Shown here piece after piece: positions 26,173 to 37,852 of a stretch of DNA of 64,000 nucleotides. This DNA comes from Dipteris shenzhenensis (Eukaryota). A program made the translations under genes and the position numbers. The stretch lies in assembly GCA_047967505.1 (NCBI GenBank), contig CM106538.1. One strand, 5' to 3'. The notes under the pieces were generated by a model. It did not search any database and was not told where the DNA came from. It saw only the letters and a list, made by a program, of their open reading frames with translations. Positions within the stretch are counted from its first letter, which is position 1. Each line of letters begins with the position of its first letter.

Positions 26173-27984
26173 CAAGTTGGATTTCTAAGAGGGATTATTT
26201 CTAGCCTTATGCAAGTACAAGCGGAGCTTTGCAGCTACTCTACACACACATTCTGTTCTTCCTAATTCCATATTAGCACAGAGACAACAACATTGCAGTC
26301 AAACTCTTGGTAGATTGTGGAAACTTGCTATGTAGGATTGATTTAAGGGAGAGACCTACCAATGCATAGTTTCAATGTTAAAGAGGATGTGGCAATGCGA
26401 CCCATTGAGGAAATGAAGACATGTTGTTGAACATAAGCTACATCTTTTTTGAGATTGACCCATCTGACCGCAATTTTGATTGCCAAATTTGTATTGTACA
26501 CATGGATTTAAAAATTACAATAACATGTATCTTCAACTCAAATGTAACAATTTGCAAGTGTATTTCTATTATATTTGTACAATTTAATACATCATGGTCC
26601 AAGAACTGTTTCCACCCAGCTATGAGGGAGAATGCATATTATATTCATTGCATGATCAAATCCAATAAGCCTCATAGCGGAGCCATGCCACTCTACTTTG
26701 CAAAGAGTTGTGAGCTTGATTCCATCATTTTCGCACCATCTTTTGCAACATGGTCCGATAAGCCACACTATACCCACCTTCGCTTGGCCTTGCATCTTCC
26801 TTCAAAACATCCCTCTCAACATTCCACCAAGCCATATAAGCACTTTCATAGTCGCCAACCGGGATCCAAGACCCATTTTTCTTTCTTCAATTACAAGTTG
26901 AGACTGGTGGCATGCGACTATGTCATCCACAATCGTGTCTGCACTTGTAGATGTTTCACCACCCAAAATAGCTACCACCCTTTCCACTCCCAAACCCTTG
27001 CACTTTTTGATCTATCTTTGAGGATTTCCTAGAAAATGTTTACACATCCGAGTAACTAAACCCATGTACTCTTTGTGGCAGATGTTACATATCCACTTTG
27101 TGGCAGCTACGAGCATAACATAATCACATGCTTTAGCAAGGTTTTAGCTTAGTTCTCTGGATCCAATGTCTGTATGCACATACTAATGGATCAATTATGT
27201 GCAAAAGTTTTGGAAGCAAGATTTTCTATCTCAATACATATAAAAAATAATTGTCCTGCCTTGTTCAAATCTATTTGACAATACGTCTTGCATGTAACAA
27301 TCATTTCACTCAATCTTATTCTTCCAACACTCAGTATGTGTGCTAGACCTCGAGACAGAGCAACCATCCAATCGCCTTTCCCCCTCTCAACATAATTGGA
27401 TGGTTATAAATGTGGTAATCTACATATGGACCTAGGCATGGCATGGCAAATTTCATTTTCCCACAACCTGCTCTTTCTCCAGTAAGCACCTATCTACACT
27501 ATTATCTTTGACAACATCATGCTTTGTAAGAAAAAGTCAGCATTTCACACATGCTAGTGTAGTAGAGCTAGCACTGCTTACATGTACATGGCAGTTATTT
27601 CTCTCTCACCCACTACCTTGCAATCCCAACCATATGACACAACTACTCAGAAGATTTAAAAGCATTTTTTCATGTTACAAGCAATGTTAATTATGTGGAC
27701 TCAAATAGAATACATAAGGAACTAGAAATTGATTGATTGACAATACCTGGTCCAAATCAATGTCAGATTTCATTGGAATAGTTGCACATATTAAACATTC
27801 ACTCATTTACATCTTCAGCTTGTACACGGAATACTCTACTTTCTGCATTTTGCAGGATGCTAGCAACAGATTGGACACTTGGTCCCTCACATCTCTTTAT
27901 TAGTTTTTCTTCATTGCCGATCAAATATTTTCTTATCCGCAAGGCAGATCCTTTGAAGACTTGGTTGCAAAACTTGCACATCGA

Positions 27985-28495
27985 CTTCTCTCCCTCGCTC
28001 TCTTCCTCAGTCTCTCTCTCTCGTGGCCTTCTCTCTCTCTCACCTCTCTCTCCCTCTCTCTCTCTCGCCTCTCGTGCGGCCCTCTCTCTCGCCTTTCTCT
28101 CTCTCTCTCTCCTCTCGTGCAGCCCTCTCTCTCTCTCTCTCGCCTCTCGTGCAGCTCTCTCTCTCTCTCTCCCCTCTCTCGCGTGGCCCTCTCTCTCTCT
28201 CCCTCTCTCTCTACCTCTCTCTCTCCCTCTTTCGCGTGGCCCTCCCCCTCTCTCTCTCACTCTCTCTCTCTCTTTTACCTCTCACTCTCTCTCTCTCTCA
28301 CTCTCTATCTCTCGCTCTCCCTCTCTCTCTGTCCCTCTCTCTCTCTAAACGTCTCTCCTCTCTCTCCCTCTCTCTCTCTCTCTCTTTGTCGAGGCAACGA
28401 GACTCTCTCTATTCCTATCTCTCTCTAAAGGTCTCTCCTCCACTTTTCTCTCTCTCTCTCTCTCTCTTTTCTTTCTCTCTCTAAGTTCTCTCTCT
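27985..28495. repeat. (CT)n-rich tract with interspersed cgtg motifs
   Basis: About 500 bp, almost entirely pyrimidine. Confidence 0.95.
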
Positions 28496-28529
28496 ATAAT
28501 AAAATTTCAAAGAATACAAATTAAAAAAA

Positions 28530-28665
28530 GTACCTGGAAAAAAGTTGATGTATGCTTGTGCTTGCTTTTCCTCTTACTCCTTTTGCTTCTCCTCTTGCTC
28601 TTCCTTGTTAAAATGAGAGAAACAATGAGAGGAGGAGAGTATATATAAGAAAACTAGGGTTTTAA
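28530..28665 (-). promoter_or_regulatory. Putative promoter and 5' UTR exon facing hAT copy A
   Basis: Minus strand shows a telo-box AAACCCTA (28655-28662), CTTATATATA (28640-28649) and a donor-like cag/gtact at about 28533. Confidence 0.35.
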
Positions 28666-28739
28666 GTGCTTCTCTCTCATTGGTCCTTCTATATAATTAT
28701 CTCCTCTCCCATTGGCCTCTCCATCACATTATCTTCTCT

Positions 28740-29270
28740 CCCTCTCCCTCTCCCACCCGCTCCCACTCCCACTCCCATCCTCCCACCTCCACCTCTCACT
28801 CCCACTCCCATCCTCCTACTCCCACTCCCATCCTCCCACCCCCACCTCCCCCATTCCCACTCTCACACTCGTCCTCCCACCCCCACCCCTCCCCCACCTC
28901 CCCCATTCCCACTCCCTCTCCCACTCCCACCCCCACCTCCCCCATTCCCACTCCCTCTCCCACTCCCACACCCATCCTCCCACCCCACCCATTCAACTCC
29001 CTCTCCCACTCCCACTCCCATCCTCCCACCCCCACCCCACCCCTACCTCCCCCATTCCCACTCTCTCTCCCACTCCCACGCCCATCCTCCCACCCCACCC
29101 CCATCTCCCCCATTCCCATTCTCCCACCCCCCCACCTCCCCTATTCCCACTCCCTCTCCCACTCCCACTCCCATCCTCCCACCCCCACCCCCACCCCCAT
29201 CTCCCTCAATCCCACTCCCTCTCCAACTCCCACGCCCACCTCCCCTCTCCTACTCCCACTCCCACTTCCA
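28740..29270. repeat. C-rich compound minisatellite (CCCACT / CCCATCCT / CCCCATT)
   Basis: About 530 bp of CCC-containing units; the minus strand is dense in GGG runs. Confidence 0.9.
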
Positions 29271-29460
29271 CACTACTATCATTTGCAAATAAGAATGTAG
29301 CAGAAGGTCAAGTCTTGGGATTTGAACAAGTGGAACACTAGACATTTGTGTAGATGAGAATTTAAAAAGTTACTGATGATGGTATGGATGATAACTCAAT
29401 CTCATTGGATGGTCCCTGGATTTTAATGATAAACATAATGTATACTACAACATCAAAGAA

Positions 29461-32300
29461 TTGAAAGAATATGCCAATGTACCAAGCTCTATTCCTTCAG
29501 AGATGGATGATTCCAATGCACTCAACTATAGCATTGATGTCTTATCAAGAGTCAATGAGTTCATTGGTACCGAGAAAGAAAAATATTTCACAAGTGATGC
29601 CTTATCCGGGGTGGATGAGTTCATGCACATTGAGAACTTGGGCAAAGATGTCAAAAGTGATATCTTTTCAAGCATGGATGGCTTCATGGATACTGATAAA
29701 GTTCTTGGAGTCAAACCAAGTAACTATGGAATTATGGAAATCATGCACGATGATTTAATGAGTGATGTTCTCTCTGGAGTAGAGGAGTTTCAAGACTATG
29801 GAGTTATGAAATCCATAGAAAGTGCATCAATGAGTGACGTTCTCTCAAGAATAGATGAGTTTGAAGATCATTCTGGACACTCTATCGCCACTGACTATGG
29901 AGTTAGGAAATCCATAGAAAGTGCATCAATGAGTGATGTTCTCTCAGGAATAGATGAGTTTGAAGATCATTCTAGACACTCTAATGCGACTGTGACAAGT
30001 GGTTCTATGATTGTATCAAAAGTAGGGATGAGATCAACAAAGGACTATTTGGTATTTGACTTTGATTGTGAAACAGTCAATGTTACAAATGGCTTGACGA
30101 ATGTATCAAAAGCAAGGATGACATCAACAAAGGACTATTCAGTATTTGACTGCCAGAGTGATAAGATCAAGGATGCAACATCCCATGAAGACAACGTGAT
30201 AAATAAATCTTACAAGGAGAACTGCACAAATCCAAATAAGAATGTACATAAGGTCCCAAAATGGATATACAGATGCATGAAATGACAGCGAGTCCAGGCA
30301 GATCCAGAAAAGCAACCAAAGAGAATAAGAGTAATGAATGAAGATGCTATGCTAAAAGCAATGCGATCTACATGCTGTAAGCATAGATGTATGCGATCCA
30401 TTAACTTACATGACATCAAGGGCTGTAGAGAACATGTATGGCAAAGGAAATGGAGCAAAAGAAATGAACACCTACTCATGAGATTGTCTTGCTTTCTTGT
30501 AAATAATAAGAGAAGGTGAAGTTCAGGACAACAAATAAGGCCTCTTATAAATGGAAAAAGTGTTTGCAATAATGCATATCACATTATTACACGATTATCA
30601 CATGGCACATATTGGAATTTGGTTAATAAAGCAAAGTATGGAGTTAAATTTAACATTCATGGAAACACAGGAAGGCCCAAAACAAGAGCCTCAATAGTTG
30701 CGGCAACAATAATTTTGAAAGATTACATTTATGAAAATGCTTTACCGCAACCCCATCTATCAGAAATGCATCTTCCGATAGGTTTGACTAAAAAAGAAGT
30801 ATTTAACTCTATTGGAGAAACACAGAGGCAAAGAGGGCATGCACCAGCATCTTTTCATACTTTGTATACTCTTTGGAAAAAAAGCTTTGGACATGTTAAA
30901 ATCCCAAAGAGGCAAAAAATGTCAAAGTGCAACGATTGTGATGATTTAAAGCGAGCACTTGAGAGTGCAACATCTCCAGAACAAAAAGAAGCTTATAAAA
31001 AAAAGAGAGAATTTCATCATGGACTTGTTCGACATTCTAGAATAAAATATGCATTTTGGAAGGAGCAAGCTATTTCTCACCCAAATGAGTACATGTGTGT
31101 TATTGTAGATGGTATGGATCAAACTACAATAACATTACCTCGATTCGTTAAGGAAAAATACACTCCACCTAAGCTACAAGGAAAATACTTTTTAAAGACA
31201 CATCTATGTGGAGTGTTAGTGCATAGATTTAAGTTTTTTGCAGACATATGGATTGATTCCTTGCATCTACATGATAGCAATCAAGTTGTAACATCTGTTA
31301 TACATCAAAATACACTCCACCTAAGCTACAAGGAAAATACTTTTTAAAGACACATCCATGTGGAGTGCTAGTGCATGGATTTAAGTTTTTTGCAAACATA
31401 TGGATTTATTCCTTGCATCTACATGATAGCAATCAAGTTGTAACATCCGTTATGAAGGCAATTCACAATGTACATGGATGCCCTGATAGGTCATAGCGCT
31501 CCACACTATTTTCGCTTTTTCTTAAAGGATGAAAAACCAGTGATGCAGTGGCAACACTATTCTCTTGATACAAAATGGGAACCTCAAGAACCTTACTCTC
31601 TCTTAACTTCAATCCCAAGCAAAGAAATGCATCCAACATGGGCTCCTATAAAAGAATTTAGCGAGAAATCCAAAGGTAAAAATAGAAGGATTAAAAGCTT
31701 TTATTACATACAAAGAGGAAATGCTCCCGAGATTTCCTGATTAGAAGCCCTCTTGGAAGGAACACACTATTGTTGTAATTAGCAAGACCTACCAATTGAT
31801 AAAGGACCTTGCAAAAATGCGAGAAGATGATATTAAGGCAGAACGGTCTTTATTTTGGCCAAATGTTGGTAACGACTTGTGCCCAGCATGTGGTCTCTTT
31901 GAAAATGAGTTTGAATCACTGCTCCCACATCCATATTGTGGACCTAAGAAGAGAGAGTTTATGCCACAAATAGACATAGACGTCCATTGTTTTATTGCAG
32001 TCGACCATCGGATGATGAACATGAGAACCTGAAGTTTTGGGTTGTGAAAGTAGTTGACATGAGCATGGACAACCGGGGGAGAGCTACAACATTTACAGTG
32101 GTATGGTATGAGCCCTTGAGGGGTAGGAAGGAGAACCAGGATAACAATACATTGTATAGTAGTTGTCTGAAAAAGGAATGGGTCCCAAACCATGATGCAA
32201 TTTCAAGACTTTCCATAGAGACAGTCATAGTATCTTGGATTTAATCAAGGTCAAAGAAAACAAAGAAGCACATGGGGTATGATGTAGAAGACAAAATAAA
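29461..32300 (+). pseudogene. Sola1-like DDE transposase pseudogene (DGMDQ type)
   Basis: Acidic repetitive N-terminus; CCKHRC...VW and VCNNAY; HGNTGR; LWKKSFGHVKIPK..KCNDC; VIVDGMDQ...LP; GVLVH; HDSN; HYFRF; C-terminal FWVVKV...VVWYEP. Stops, a 152-bp duplication and a deletion disrupt it. The family call is from recalled motifs. Confidence 0.65.
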
Positions 32301-33279
32301 ATTACTACAACAAATTATTTTGTACATTACAGAGTTCATAAAGATGCTCGCCCAGGATGAAGTAGAAGGAGATAGCGCAAATGAAGAATGCCCATGATAA
32401 CACCATTCAAATATCAAGAAAGAGTGAAGGTGGTGGTGGTGGTCTTGAAGATGAGAGTGAATGAAGATGGCACCCAAGCGACAAGTGACGACAAAAAGGA
32501 CATTTTGAACAAGCAAATGTTTGGATCACTCATTTATGTGATGATAGAAAAGGACATTCAAACAAGCAAATGTTTGGATCACCCATTTGTACTAAACTCA
32601 CTGTAAAGGAAAAAATAAATTATTGAAAAGGCCACAGCAGATCCTTTGAACAAAGACTCATCCATAGAAATATTTCTTGTAAAACTTATGATAGTGTAAA
32701 ATTGCAAGCATAGCTATTGCTATTTTTTGGAGTACAAAAGAGGCTTCCATCATGTCTCATGTCTATATAAACCTTTTAATTTCTTATATATTCAAGAGTG
32801 TTATAGTTTTCTGCATTGAAAGTAAAAAGAGTCTTGTAGGTCTCTTGTGTATACATTTTTCAAATTTTGCGAATGCTCAATAGCATGGTTTTTCATGGAT
32901 TTAAACTAATAACTCAGATTTTTTAATTTAAGAATACATTATTATAAACAAGAAATACAAATTTAGGATTTAATAGTAGTTTTTGCATTATTAGTGCAAC
33001 ATTGTAGAGAGATATTTTGAAATGTATTATGTGGAAATGACAGTGCCAGAAAGTAAACTTTTGATTCTCGAATGACATTTTCATAAAGTATACTTTTTAT
33101 TTGGGAAGGATTTTAAGGAATAGAGTAGACATATGAGTCCAAAATTAATGAAATAAGTGTTGCAAGTGGATCAAGCAAGGAAGCCTTACCCAAAGAAGGT
33201 ATGGACAAGGCAAAGCATGACCAAGAGGAGTTGCCCCCTAGAAGGCATAGATGGTTCTTCAACCATGACCTTACAGACT

Positions 33280-33480
33280 CCAAAGTAGCCTACTAGTCAG
33301 GAACCTAGTAGCTAGGACCCTTTTCACCAAGAACTTGGTCATGAGACTCTAGAGCAGCCTACTAGTCAGGTGCTTGGAACTGAAGAGCAGACTACTAGGC
33401 ACGACGATACTAGCCAAGACCCTACTATTGAAACTCTAGTCTTAGAGTAGCCTATTAGTCAGGACCCTGGTAGTCAAGCA
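33280..33480. repeat. Short dispersed direct repeats
   Basis: (g)tagcctactagtcagg recurs 3-4 times. Confidence 0.7.
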
Positions 33481-33719
33481 CCTAGCATTGAGGACATTGG
33501 TACTGAGGAACATGATGGCTGACGGCTTTGTAATCACAAGTTTTGAACTTCTATGTAAAGTGAATATCTAATAAAAAGTTAACTACTTTTTTGATTTCTT
33601 TACTCTTATTATTGTGTATAAAGATTGTTTATGAGGTCCATTTTATACTTAATGGTGTATTTTAAACTTTATGTCAATGTATTTTTATAGTTAAGGGTGT
33701 TTTTTAATACCAGGTGAGG

Positions 33720-34172
33720 TGTATATGTACACGACTTACACATAAAAGGGTTTATGTACACTACCTTTCTAAGGGGTTTATGTACACCACCTTTCTAAAA
33801 GAAATGGTCATAAAGGTGTGTGTGCACACCACTTATACATAAAGGTGTTTATTTACACCACCTTTCTAAGAGAATTGGTCATTTATTGATGTTCTTAGGT
33901 GATAGTAGCTCAATTCATATGAGAATTATGAAGATGTTTATGTAGACCACCTTTGTAAGAGATTTGGTTATGCATTGATGTTCTTAGTACATAAATGTAG
34001 GTGAATATGTACACCACCTTTCAAAGAGAATTAGTGATGTATTGATGTTCTTAGGTAATAGTAGCTCAATGTAAACATTGAAAAGTTTTTGAATGAAGGC
34101 CAATACATGTACACCACCTTTCAAAGAGAATTGGTGATGTATTGATGTTCTTAGGTAATAGTAGCTCAATGT
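33720..34172. repeat. Compound tandem repeat
   Basis: tgtacaccacctttc about 8 times; attgatgttcttaggtaatagtagctcaat 3 times. Confidence 0.8.
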
Positions 34173-34399
34173 ACTTGCAAATACTTTAATAGCAAGATTT
34201 TCATGATCATATTAAGCAGTAGAAGAGTATACTATCTATCCTTAGTAAGATATGCATATAAGAAGTATGTACTTAATCACCAAATCTTTTGTTTTGAGTT
34301 GTCAAATCTATTTCAAAAAACAACATTACTAGTATATTTAAAAAATTTGGACTATTTTATAGTCCATTTCTCAAATTGGACTTTACACAAGTCTAAAAA

Positions 34400-37263
34400 T
34401 TTTGAATAGTGTGTTAACAATCTTTGACTTTGCCCATTTATCTGTGAATTGAACATTGGGGGGTTTGGGATACCTAGAGCGAACATTCCTAGATATGTCG
34501 CCCCTTGGAATGAAGTCCCCCCATAGTCACTCACTAGAGGAGATTGGATGAGAATTTGGGATGGTTCCATGACTCCTCCACCACTTGGCATGAGCCGGTA
34601 AGGGTTTGTAACTATTGTATGCTATATTGAATGGAAATAAAGATTGCACACACTAACACCAGCTTTTTTTTAGATACTTGATCTTTTATCTACTACCATA
34701 TTGGTCCCATCAATCACTTGCTTAATCCCGTGCATATCTTCAAGAATGTGGCATCTACCATTTGGGAACATTTGAATGGGACATGAGATTCCGTAGGCAA
34801 AAGGGAGGATCTACACACCACAGGGAGGATGCGTGAAGCTTGGCCACAAGAGAGGCCAAATGGGCATGTCTTTTTACCTCATGCACCGTGGAGGTTATCA
34901 AAGCTAGAGTTAGTGGCAGTGAAGCGAGCTATCACTACAATTTGTACTCCCACTGGATGCATGAGGTGTTTGAAGGGGGCCTTCACAAAGAGCAAGAAAA
35001 GAGGTGTAGAGCAATTATATGGCTTGAAATCTCATGATTGGCACAAGATGCTCCAAGTAAGTATTTTATGTGCATAATATCTTTTTCCTTCCAAATTTGT
35101 GAGTGAATTAGAAGCAACTAATCAACCATTCCTCGTGTGTTCAGTTCATACTACCTACTGGCATTTCTCGTAGTGCATCGACGGACGTGAAGGATTGTAT
35201 TTACAAGATGGGCGAGCTTGTGAGGTACTTTACAAGATACAAAATGTGAAGCATATCAATACTCCATGCAAGGTTTTCATATTACTAATATGGTGTACTT
35301 TTTCCTTTCTAGGTATGTGAGCTCAAAGGAAATAGATCCCACCATGCTTGAGAATGCTTGAGTTATGTCAGTGGAGGTGGTTTGCTTAGTGGAGGACACC
35401 TTTCCACGTTCTATTCTCACAAGACAACTACATCTCATAGTGCATTTGGTGGATGAGATTGCTATATGTGGCACTATACACGCACGATGGTTGTTCTTCC
35501 TCGAGCGCTTCATGAAGACCTTGAAGGCTTTCATGAGACAAAATGCAAGACCCGAAGGTAGCATGGACGAGGGTTGGTTGGTACAAGAGTCACTTGTATA
35601 TATTTCTGAGTTTCTTGTTGATGTGGATAGCTCTCTCCCACGACTATGGAAAGATGATAAAGACCTAAGGATGACCTCTATTGTGCCTCAAGGGAAAGGA
35701 CGGAGCAAAGTAATAGACATGAAGTTGCTTAATAATATCAACCTTTATTGCATGCTTAATAGTGATGTGATGAAAATATGGGTGACAAGATACGAGGATG
35801 CAAAGGTAAGAAGACAAGGAGAAAGGGCCCTCTTTCATACACACCACGGATCTCATGTGCCATACCCTCAGCATCTAAGAGCACTTCCAAAGGATATTCA
35901 TGTGGATTGGATACTTGACGAAATGGAGAGAGCAGAGAGAGAGATGAGGGGATACATATCACAATGGAAGAATGGGAGTATGCTAGGGGATACATGAGCA
36001 AGGTCAGTATATCGAATGTTATGCATAAGTTAGGAGCTTTCAACAATTTAGATTGCTTTATTTAATTGATTTTATCTTAGTGTAGTGTACTATGTTCAAT
36101 GCTATATGGTGTGAGGGCAAGCATTTTCGGACACAACAAATTGATGATAAGAGAAACACACAAGATTGGGTGTCATTGTTAGCTTTGAGGGAGCTAATGG
36201 AGCCATGGATGATTATTGTGGCATAATCCAAGATATTATTAAGCTTGACTTTCGACGCTTCTTCGTGTATGATTTGGATGTCAAGTGGTTTAAGGATGTG
36301 GTGAAAAGAGGTCCTAATGCAACAATCATCGCCATGCAAGTGGCTTTGTAGCTATTGGCTCCACCAAGTTTTGGCAAAGTAAGAAGGACACACTAGTACT
36401 ACTGCAACAATGTGAACAAGTATTGTACACACATGTGAAAATACTCACTTTTAAATATTGGATACCTTCGATGCAAGGAAAATAACATGATTGTATTTGT
36501 GTTTGAATTAGGTTGTCTATCAACCAATGTTGGATAATAATAGGTGGTGGCATGTCATACCTATTACGCCACGTTCCAAAGTGATGTATAGTACATTTAC
36601 TAATATGGAGCTTATGGAAGATGATAATGGCCATGGAGGTGATAATGACCATGATACGAGAGAGAAGGATGATCATGAGATAGGAGATAGAGATATTAAG
36701 GCCATTACCCGTGAGGATGAGCCTACCATTGGTGATGCTGATTTCGATGAGCACATGAGTAGCAAAAGAGGTAGTGGGCTGAATGTATTTATAGATCTCA
36801 ACATTGGTTTGGATTTTGAAGTAGATAGTTTGGTAAGGGCTGATCTCATTGAGGATGAGATTGAACTGTAGCCCATCATTGATATTGGCAAAACTATTTT
36901 ACATATTATCTCATTCTCCTCACCTCACTTAATTTTTGTATATGTGGGTTTGCCAAAAAGCATTGATATTTTTATTAAAATTATGGGCTTTGGTAATCAC
37001 GGGCAATGTTTGGAAAGTAGTGATGCACATTTATCAGCTTGCACCAAAATATCACTTTCTTTATTCTCTGTTCTGCATTTATAAAGGCATCTAAATCCAC
37101 ATCTAAATCACAATGCAGATGTGCAAATAGAAATGCAAATAGACGTGCTAATAGACGTGCTTATAGACGCATCCATATTTTCACTATTCTAGTTGTGCCT
37201 ATAGACGCACCCGCTATTTTGCACGTCTATCAAGCGCGTCTATAGTTGCTTTGTCTTGTTGTG
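34400..37263 (+). mobile_element. CACTA/EnSpm element copy 1, 3' half (intron-containing TnpD-like transposase pseudogene plus right TIR)
   Basis: HIFKNV; GLKSHDWHKMLQ; HLIVHLVDE...ERFMKTLK...PEGSM (DUF4218-like); YCGIIQDII...KWF (DUF4216-like); ATAGACG subterminal repeats; ends ...ttgtcttgttgtg at 37263. Confidence 0.92.
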
Positions 37264-37852
37264 GAAGCACTATCTTCCAACATGGGATCCTTGGACAAAA
37301 TTCTTTCGGACCTCAAATGAATGTATGAGACCTCTAACTAGGCACACTCAGGCTAAATTGTAGTTCTTGAATTTTTATATTCTAGACTACCCCAGAGGTT
37401 ATCACATTTGGCGAGGGCTACCAGTTGAGCAACGGGCGGCGTAATAGGCATAATGCACCGGCCAACGGAATAGCTAGTGCCACATGTTTAGCAGGATAAG
37501 ACACAGATGGTATCCCCATAGATGTAGGGATAAGCTTAAGACAATGGTTGGAGGGATCATGGGGTCATCGGGATGCACCAGTCAACGGTATATTTATGGC
37601 AACGGTTGGCATGATAGCAATAGAGTGGTGGTCCGAGGGATAAGCTTACTGCACCAATCGATGGGATGGTCAAATCGGCAGGGTATGAATATGGCCACGG
37701 ATGTGGGGTTGGGCTTACCATGCCGATCGGCTAAATAATGATATAGCAATGGTCATGGGGATAGCTCAATGGCCATGGTCGAATGGCTATCAGGTTGGTG
37801 GGATAATTAACTTTGACCTCACTTTGACAAGCATTTAATCAAGGCGACGGAG

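Larger units (their letters stand above)
22626..27970 (-). mobile_element. hAT DNA transposon copy A (deleted and interrupted)
   Basis: TIR CAGGGATTTAAAAAGTA at 22626. 22626-23390 is an inverted homologue of 42600-43376. 26590-27960 is an inverted homologue of parts of 38990-41470. BED finger CKFCNQ...RIRKYLIG...C. Confidence 0.8.

Noticed and set aside
27782-28484. Leu-Ser and Arg-Glu ORFs
   Set aside because: Translation of (CT)n; only the BED-finger part is meaningful.
28666-29341. Long Pro/His/Ser-rich ORFs resembling extensins
   Set aside because: Open in all three frames only because the C-rich repeat lacks stop codons; no true SPPPP-Y periodicity.
33720-34172. CRISPR-like repeat-spacer look
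   Set aside because: Irregular spacing, the spacers are themselves repeated, and there are no cas genes.
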